From assembly GCA_964016885.1 (NCBI GenBank), contig OZ024746.1:1550001-1614000 (forward strand): a DNA stretch of 64,000 nt, written 5' to 3'. Source of the DNA: Eledone cirrhosa. Lineage: Eukaryota. The notes beneath the pieces were generated by a model. The model was not told where the DNA came from, ran no database searches, and worked only from the letters and a program-made list of their open reading frames with translations. The position numbers and the translations under genes are program-made. Of this stretch, positions 56,223 to 64,000 are shown in pieces. The first letter of the stretch is position 1, and the number at the start of each line of letters is the position of its first letter.

Positions 56223-56527
56223 TTAGTCATTTAGTTTACATATTGAAACCCCAACCCATCCTATTTATTTTATATGGGATTTCTAGTAATGTCCTTATTT
56301 GTCATGTATAATGTTTTTACTGTCTAAAGAAGATTGTGACAGGAATGCTGGGAGGGGGGGGGGGGTCAACACCCAAGAATACAGTTTTATATGAAAAAGT
56401 TAAATGAGATTATTATTGTTTTCAACTTTGCCTTTCGTCCATTCAAGGTCGATAAGAGTACCAGTCATGTACTGAGGTTGATTCTTCTTTTATATCTCTT
56501 TCTCACTTTTATTCTTTCACACTGTAA

Positions 56528-56530
56528 AGT

Positions 56531-56561
<31 letters not shown>

Positions 56562-57010
56562 GTCGTAGTGGTGGTGATAGTAGTAGTGGTGGTGGTGGTG
56601 ATAGTAGTGGTGGTAGTGGTAGTAGTGGTGGTGGTGGTGATAGTAGTGTTGGTGGTGGTAGTAGTGGTGGTAGTGGTGGTGGTGGTGATAGTAGTAGTGG
56701 TGGTAGTGGTGGTGGTGGTAGTAGTAGTGATAGTGGTGGTGGTAGTGGTGATAGTAGTAGTAGTGGTCGTGGTAGTGATAGTGGTCGTGGTAGTGATAGT
56801 AGTAGTAGTGATAGTATTAGTAGCGGTGGTGGTAGTAGTAGTGGTGGTAGTGGTGGTGGTGGTGATAGTAGTGGTAGTAGTAGTGGTGATAGTAGTGGTG
56901 GTGGTGGTGGTGGTGATAGTAGTGGTGGTGGTGGTGGTAGTGGTAGTGGTGGTGGTGGTGGTAGTAGTGGTGGTGGTAGTAGTAGTGGTAGTGGTGGTGG
57001 TGGTGGTAGT
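56528..57010. repeat. (GTG/GTA)n tract
   Basis: Direct reading; ends ~50 nt before the exon at 57061. Confidence 0.95.
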
Positions 57011-57060
57011 AATCTGTTATCTTATTAACTGTTTTCCTATTTCTGACAATATTTGTTCAG

Positions 57061-57234
57061 GTCAGTGAAGATTACGGCCTTCTCTATATGGTGACCAAAT
57101 ATGGTTACCTCTACCTCTGTGACATGGAGACTGCTGCCTGTCTTTGTGTAACCAGAGTCTCTTTAGACATTGTCTTTACTTCAACACTCAACAAAATCTC
57201 TCAAGGAATCTTGGGAGTCACACGGACAGGAAGG
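57061..57234 (+). CDS. Clathrin-TD-like exon (VSEDYGLLYMVTKYGYLYLCDMETAACLCVTRVSLDIVFTSTLNKISQGILGVTRTGR)
   Basis: ttgttcag|GTC ... AGG|gtaagg; 174 nt, phase 0/0; aligns to CHC [25 protein letters not shown]...GIIGVNRKGQ. Confidence 0.94.
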
Positions 57235-57384
57235 GTAAGGTGTTAACATTATCTCCCTCCCACTTCCTCTCTCATACCCCCTCCCTCACTTTCCTACCCC
57301 CTCCCTCACTCTCTACTCCCCCTCCCTCACACTTTTATCTATTTATTTATTTGTATAAGAACTCAAAAGAAAGAAGACTGCCCT

Positions 57385-57580
57385 GGTCGGCTGGCTGGTT
57401 GGTTGGTTGGTTGGTTGGTTGGTTGGCTGGCTGGCTGGCTGGCTGGTTGGTTGGTTGGCTGGCTGGTTGGTTGGTTGGTTGGTTGGCTGGCTGGCTGGCT
57501 GGTTGGTTGGTTGGCTGGATAGCTGGTTGGCTGGTCGGCTGGCTGGTTGGATGGATGGTTGGCTGGTCGGTTGGATGGCT
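57385..57580. repeat. (GGTT/GGCT)n tetranucleotide repeat
   Basis: Direct reading. Confidence 0.93.
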
Positions 57581-57792
57581 GTTTGGGCTTTTTTCATATT
57601 CAAGGTGGACCATAATTTGCATCGTACCAAAAGTCCCACCAAAAAATAAAAATTGGTTTTAGACTATAAGAGTTCTCTCCCTTGCTGTGTTTTTCCCTCC
57701 CTTATTTCGGAGAGTGTTTACATGCCAAAGACATTCCGTGTGTATAGGGCCCCTACAACTCCAAGAATTAGTGGCCCATGGATGGATAGATG

Positions 57793-58134
57793 TACTCTCG
57801 GGTCCCAAATAATAGGGGGTCGGGTGGAAAATCGGTAAATTTTCCAGGTTGTCTCCGTTGATATTTTTCTAAAAACCAGAATTAGTCGTTTAGTTTACAT
57901 ATAGCGACCCCCCCCCCCCCCGCAACCCATCCTATTTATTTTATAACATATGGTTTTCTAGTCATGTACTTTTTTTGTCCTGTATGTTTTTAATGTATAA
58001 AATTAATTGTCACAGGAATACTAAGACTTAAAATAAAATTTCACTGGAGATAGATTAGTAAAATTGAATAAGTGGGAGGGAGGGATCTGAAATATTAATA
58101 AGGGAGGAGGGGGGTTATTGAAGACCCGAGAGTA
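57793..58134. mobile_element. MITE with TA-flanked TIRs (TA)CTCTCGGGTC...GACCCGAGAG(TA)
   Basis: Perfect 12-nt inverted ends; same family at ~5835-6140, 8560-8765, 27185-27310, 52594-52930, 56222-56380, 58790-59149. Confidence 0.8.
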
Positions 58135-58296
58135 TCACTAAACCTAATTGTAACAACACAGTTATAAGAGGCCTGTGTGTTGTTGGTTTCACTTTACATA
58201 TAAACAGCTGAGAAGAGAGAGAGAAATATGCTATAATTTGAATGTTTGTTGTTTTACTGCTCTAAGTTTGTTTGTCTTTTTTTGTCTTTTTAACAG

Positions 58297-58689
58297 ATTT
58301 TAAGCGTTGACATCAAGAAAGATCTTCTGATATCACAAATCCGAGAGAGTGCCAAGTGGGCGAACCAAGCTAACAGACTGGAACGTGTGATGTCTGTCGT
58401 ACAGAAGGAGGGGCAGGAATCGAGTGAGAAGAAACAGACTCCACATAAAAACAAAAACTACAACAACAACAACTTGTGCTTCCAAATGAACAATAATAGC
58501 AGCACCACAACAACAACATCAACAACAAGTAATATTACTAGCAGTAGCAATAGTAGTAGCAGTAGTAGTATGTTGAAGGATTATTCTAAAGTACCATTAC
58601 TATTATCCCCGCCGTCCACTTTACCAACAATATGTTATGAGGACAGTGATAGTAGTCGCAGCCAAGAGGCCAGTGAAAGTGATTCATAA
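58297..58689 (+). CDS. Probable terminal coding exon: end of propeller and start of linker (ILSVDIKKDLLISQIRE...) then N/T/S-rich tail, stop TAA
   Basis: tttttaacag|ATT; aligns to CHC VLSVCVEEENIIPYI; frame open for 130 codons to TAA at 58687-58689; no strong internal donor seen. Confidence 0.8.
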   Translation: MLSVDIKKDLLISQIRESAKWANQANRLERVMSVVQKEGQESSEKKQTPHKNKNYNNNNLCFQMNNNSSTTTTTSTTSNITSSSNSSSSSSMLKDYSKVPLLLSPPSTLPTICYEDSDSSRSQEASESDS

Positions 58690-58789
58690 CACATTGAACG
58701 ATGGAAAACTAATGACTCCCCCCCCCCCCCCAAATGTGACATCGTTGTCATTTCATTGGGGTTGAGGTGTGGTGAAGTGAATTTGTTCA

Positions 58790-59149
58790 TACTCTCGGAA
58801 CCCAAATAAAGGGGTGTGATTGGAATAAGTGGGTGGCGGGGAATCGATAATTTTTCTAGGTTATTTCCCTTGATTTTGTTTTAAAAACCAGAATTAGTCA
58901 TTTAGTTTACACATTGAGACCCCCAACCCATCCTATTTATTTTATAACATCAGATTTCTAGTAATGTACTTTATTTGTCATGTATAATGTTTTTTAATGT
59001 CCAAAGAAAATTGTTGCAGAAATGCTGCCACTTAAAATAAAATTTTGCTGGCGATAGATTAGTAAAATTTAATAAGAGGGGAGGGGATGAAAAATATCCG
59101 AAAAATTAATAAACAGAGGGTGGGGTCGTTTATTTGAGACCCGAGAGTT
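58790..59149. mobile_element. MITE of the same family, ~100 bp after the stop codon
   Basis: tactctcggaac ... gacccgagagt ends; internal sequence similar to 57793-58134. Confidence 0.8.
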
Positions 59150-59639
59150 TAGTAAATGTAAAAATGATAAGGACCCTACATAGTCAATACTGTGTTGCTA
59201 AAAAACATAAGGCAGCTTTAATGAGAAGAATCAAGATAAAAAAAAAAAAAAAAAAGAAACCCCAAAATAAAGGAGGGCAATTCCTTTCTTGTTACATTCT
59301 ACACTGCCAAAATGTTTCCTGTTTTATCTCCAGTGTTTTTAAACTATTTAATGCTACAGTGTAGATATAGATATTCATGTAGCAACTGGTGTCTCAGCAC
59401 ACATGTAGACAGGTAAATGGTTATATTTTAAATATATCTGCCTGCAATAACCTATACTGAACACCTTGGGTAATGTGAAGAAGGCATATATATATATATA
59501 TATATATATATAACATTCATTTAAATGATGATCATGATAATTATATATATATATATATGTATTGTATGGATATATATATATATCCATGCTAGCGTGGAAG
59601 ATGGATGTTATACAATGATGATGATGATATGTATATATA

Positions 59640-59733
59640 TTTAAATATTCATTTTATTAAGGCTAAATACTGATTCTTGTTACTCTGGAGTAACAAGAAT
59701 CACTATTTAGCCTTAATAAAATGAATATTTAAA
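59640..59733. repeat. 94-bp near-perfect palindrome (46-bp arms, one C/C mismatch, 2-nt loop)
   Basis: tttaaatattcattttattaaggctaaata-c-tgattcttgttactc-tg-gagtaacaagaatca-c-tatttagccttaataaaatgaatatttaaa. Confidence 0.95.
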
Positions 59734-59899
59734 CTCTACTTCGGTATTGAGTACTCTTGGTTGTCAACTATATATATTCTGGTTGTAATAATTACTCGTG
59801 TTACCAATTTTAGCACTCTGTGGAGTAATGTGATTTTGATATTTGGTATAGATAATTGTGGGAATTTATACTGTCATCAATATAGTGTTGACATATGTT

Positions 59900-59916
59900 G
59901 GCACCATATATATATA

Positions 59917-59959
<43 letters not shown>

Positions 59960-59990
59960 ATGATGATGATGATATATATATATGGGAGCA

Positions 59991-60028
<38 letters not shown>

Positions 60029-60059
60029 ATGATGATGATGATATATATATATGGGAGCA

Positions 60060-60093
<34 letters not shown>

Positions 60094-60163
60094 TGCTCCC
60101 ATATATATTTATATATATATATATATATATTGATGATGATGATGATATATATATATGGGAGCA

Positions 60164-60199
<36 letters not shown>

Positions 60200-60204
60200 G
60201 AGCA

Positions 60205-60250
<46 letters not shown>

Positions 60251-60310
60251 ATGATGATATATATATATATATATATGGTAGCACTATATATATATATATA
60301 TATATGGTAG

Positions 60311-60348
<38 letters not shown>

Positions 60349-60380
60349 TAGCACTATATATATATATATATATATGGTAG

Positions 60381-60428
<48 letters not shown>

Positions 60429-60431
60429 TAG

Positions 60432-60473
<42 letters not shown>

Positions 60474-60476
60474 TAG

Positions 60477-60520
<44 letters not shown>

Positions 60521-60523
60521 TAG

Positions 60524-60559
<36 letters not shown>

Positions 60560-60591
60560 TAGCACTATATATATATATATATATATGGTAG

Positions 60592-60633
<42 letters not shown>

Positions 60634-60655
60634 TAGCACTATATATATATATATA
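59900..60655. repeat. (TA)n tracts punctuated by gggagcacc / ggtagcac cores
   Basis: Direct reading; one core is inverted (ggtgctccc, ~60092-60100). Confidence 0.92.
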
Positions 60656-60780
60656 TTAGTTAAGCAAAACAAGACCACAAACTTCACAAGGAAGACATTA
60701 TTAAAAGATTGTCCACTTATTTTAGTTTGATGCAAGGAATGTAGAGAATAATAATAATAATATTAATAATAATAATGTCC

Positions 60781-60900
60781 GTTTCCAATTGTTTCGCTAC
60801 TCCATATAATATTTCTGGATCAGATGACTATACATCATAATTGATCTGGTTCAGATGAAAATAATTAACATATTTAAAAAACAGAGTGGCTCATCGGAAC
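60781..60900 (-). ncRNA. Degenerate type I hammerhead-ribozyme-like motif
   Basis: - strand: gtt-CCGATGA-gccactct...ggagtagc-GAAA-caattg-GA-aac. Confidence 0.4.
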
Positions 60901-61075
60901 TTCAAAGGAATATAAATTAAAATAATGGGATAATGTTACATAATATAATGTTCCATATATTGGGTTTTACTATGGTGTCTTGGTTGCATCAGCTGTCAGC
61001 CATAATCAAGCAGTATTCATCTGTCGAGGCTGCATTGTGTGAGATCTGCCATATATATACATATATATGGTAGCA

Positions 61076-61125
<50 letters not shown>

Positions 61126-61461
61126 TTATATAACAAAAGAGTGACATTTCACTTTAACAGGTTTTTATTTCCACTCTCACATGACGCATGTTTTACAGTT
61201 AAACAGCTCAAAACTACATGTAGCAAATACATCCCATAACTACATGTAGTTTTTTAACCATTCTATTGTGAAACATGTGTCCCGTCAGTACGGGAATTAA
61301 AATCTATTAAACTGAAATTTCACTCTTTCATATATGAATATATATCGTACAGTAAAATGTGTCGCCAATTTAAATAACATCTCTATGAAAATTATTGCTA
61401 AAATAAATCTAATTCAGAGAAGCAAATATAGAGAGAAGATCTTATAGAAAGATACAGAATG

Positions 61462-61723
61462 ACCAATGGGTAGATTCTAGTAATCTAAAACAAGACTTGA
61501 CAAACATCTTACCCTAGGGATAGAACCTTAGTTAAGTAACCTAAAGATAGAAGGCTCAGATAAGTTCCCCTAACTACAGTTTCAAGGAACAAAAATACTA
61601 GTGACCATCTCAATAAGGTGGACCGTTCTGCCAGAAAAGCCTGTCTTTAGGTTACTTAACTGAGATTCTACCTCGAGGGTAAGATATTTGTGTGAAGTCT
61701 TGTTTTAGAATCTACCCATTGGT
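61462..61723. mobile_element. Fold-back element/MITE with ~90-bp imperfect terminal inverted repeats
   Basis: accaatgggtagattcta..aaaacaagactt..cttaccct..agttaagtaacctaaaga mirrored at the right end. Confidence 0.75.
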
Positions 61724-61789
61724 AGATATTATATTTTTGTATGAGATGGTCTCTCTCTCTCTCTCTGTATATATATATATACACACATA

Positions 61790-61930
61790 TAAGGCCTCCA
61801 TGCTCCCCGAGATTCGCCAACACTACAGCTAACACATACAAACATGTACTTCCCTGGCATTTGTGTATTATTCTATGTACTATATTGACGAGTTGTAGTG
61901 CACCTGAGCACTTTACACAATAATTTCATT

Positions 61931-61946
<16 letters not shown>
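61790..61946 (+). mobile_element. Short CR1-like 3' remnant with (ATT)n tail
   Basis: Matches the 3' end of the 55085-55290 element. Confidence 0.7.
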
Positions 61947-61985
<39 letters not shown>

Positions 61986-62133
61986 ATTTATGTGTATATA
62001 TATATATATATGTGTGTGTTTATCCCAGGTTCAATCGAGGGTAGCCATAGTAAAATATGTCTTCTAGAGGGCTTCCTGATGATTTCTCCCAAATGAAACA
62101 GTTCTAGCCCTGTAGAAGCCATTTCTCTCCCTC

Positions 62134-62192
<59 letters not shown>

Positions 62193-62209
62193 TCTAACTG
62201 GTTTAACAT

Positions 62210-62850
62210 GGACATATACACACATTACACAGTCATGTATGTTTATATAGACATACACACATATATACACACATTACACAGTCATGTATGTTTATATAGA
62301 CATACCCACACATATATACACACATTACACAGTCATGTATGTTTATATAGACATACACACACATATATACACACATTACACAGTCATGTATGTTTATATA
62401 GACATACCCACACATGTATACACACATTACACAGTCATGTATGTTTATATAGACATACACATATATATACACACATTGCACAGCCATGTATGTATATATA
62501 GTATACACACATTGCACAGCCATGTATGTATATATAGTATACACACATTACACAGCCATGTATGTATATATATAACAGCCATGTATGTATATATAGTATA
62601 CACACATTACACAGCCATGTATGTATATATATAGTAGCCATGTATGTATATATAGTATACACACATTACACAGCCATGTATGTATATATAGTATACACAC
62701 ATTGCACAGCCATGTATGTATATATATAGTAGCCATGTATGTATATATAGTATACACACATTACACAGCCATGTATGTATATATAGTATACACACATTAC
62801 ACAGCCATGTATGTATATATAGTATACACACATTACACAGCCATGTATGT
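62210..62850. repeat. CA/TA-rich minisatellite
   Basis: cacacattacacag(t/c)catgtatg... Confidence 0.92.
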
Positions 62851-63529
62851 TAACATCCAACCAATGACGAAACTAAAACAAGAATTGATGGAAAACAGTA
62901 AAATTTATTACAATATTTTCACTGCAGTTATCTGTAAATAATGAAAATGAACTGTTGAGACATTAGGTTATGTTGGGATAGAATAGGGGTATATACTGTA
63001 GGGGGGGGGGTATATACTGTAGGGGGTATACTGTAGGGGGGGGGGTATATACTGTAGGGGATATACTGTAGGGGGGAATATACTGTAGGAAGGTATACTG
63101 TAGGGGAGGATATACTGTAGGGGACGATATACTGTAGGGCGGTATATTGTAGGGTATATACTGTAGGGGGATATATATTGTAGGGACTTGGGGTTATGTT
63201 GGACTTTCTTGCAAAAGATTGTGACATTTTCTTCATTTTAATTTTTCTATCAGAATTCTAAATATTAATATTAATATATATATATTAATATTAATATTAA
63301 TATATATATATTAATATTAATATTAATATATATATATTAATATTAATATTAATATATATATATATTAATATTAATATTAATATATAGTATATAAAGTTTG
63401 AAATAAAGTAGAATTATAAGTTTACATCATAACAAAGTTAGTGTGGGGGACTTAATACCCTCTGGAAAAAGGATGAGTATTAATGTACAAGTGTGCCTCT
63501 AGTTGTCTCTCTCTCTCTCTCTCTCTCTC

Positions 63530-64000
63530 TCTATGTATGTAAATATGTATCTATGTATGTATGTATGTATCTATGTATGTATGTATGTATCTATGTATGT
63601 ATGTATCTATGTATGTATGTATCTATGTATGTATGTATGTATCTATGTATGTATGTATGTATCTATGTATGTATGTATCTATGTATGTATGTATCTATGT
63701 ATGTATGTATCTATGTATGTATGTATGTATCTATGTAAATATGTATCTATATATCTATGTATGTATGTATGTATGTAAATATGTATCTATGTATGTATGT
63801 ATCTATGTATGTATGTATCTATATATCTATGTATGTATGTATGTATGTATGTATGTATGTATCTATGTATGTATGTATCTATATATCTATGTATGTATGT
63901 ATGTATCTATGTATGTATGTATCTATGTATCTATGTATGTATGTATGTATCTATGTATGTATGTATCTATGTAAATATGTATCTATGTATGTATGTATGT
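63530..64000. repeat. (TATG/TATC)n microsatellite running off the window end
   Basis: Direct reading. Confidence 0.95.

Overview
Eukaryotic (animal) genomic DNA, very rich in micro- and minisatellites. The repeat landscape (RTE LINEs with (GAT)n tails, tRNA-derived SINEs, Helitrons, MITEs) resembles coleoid cephalopod (octopus-like) genomes; this is inference, not a database result. Almost all long ORFs in the track are tandem-repeat artefacts. The real gene is largely invisible in that track: eight short GT-AG exons on the + strand (22178-58689) splice in frame to 444 codons plus a stop. They encode a divergent clathrin heavy chain terminal-domain (beta-propeller) protein that stops shortly after the propeller in a Ser/Thr/Asn-rich tail. 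No CHCR leg or trimerisation domain is seen, and several adaptor-binding residues are substituted. The first short coding exon was not found. Other notable structures: two near-identical 5'-truncated RTE LINEs head-to-head, forming a ~930-bp inverted repeat in an intron; a SINE sharing the LINE 3' end; Helitron ends including a CTAG|TC junction; a degenerate Penelope-type hammerhead; a 94-bp near-perfect palindrome downstream of the stop; and several minisatellites seeded from transposon fragments. Alignments to human clathrin were done by eye from memory.
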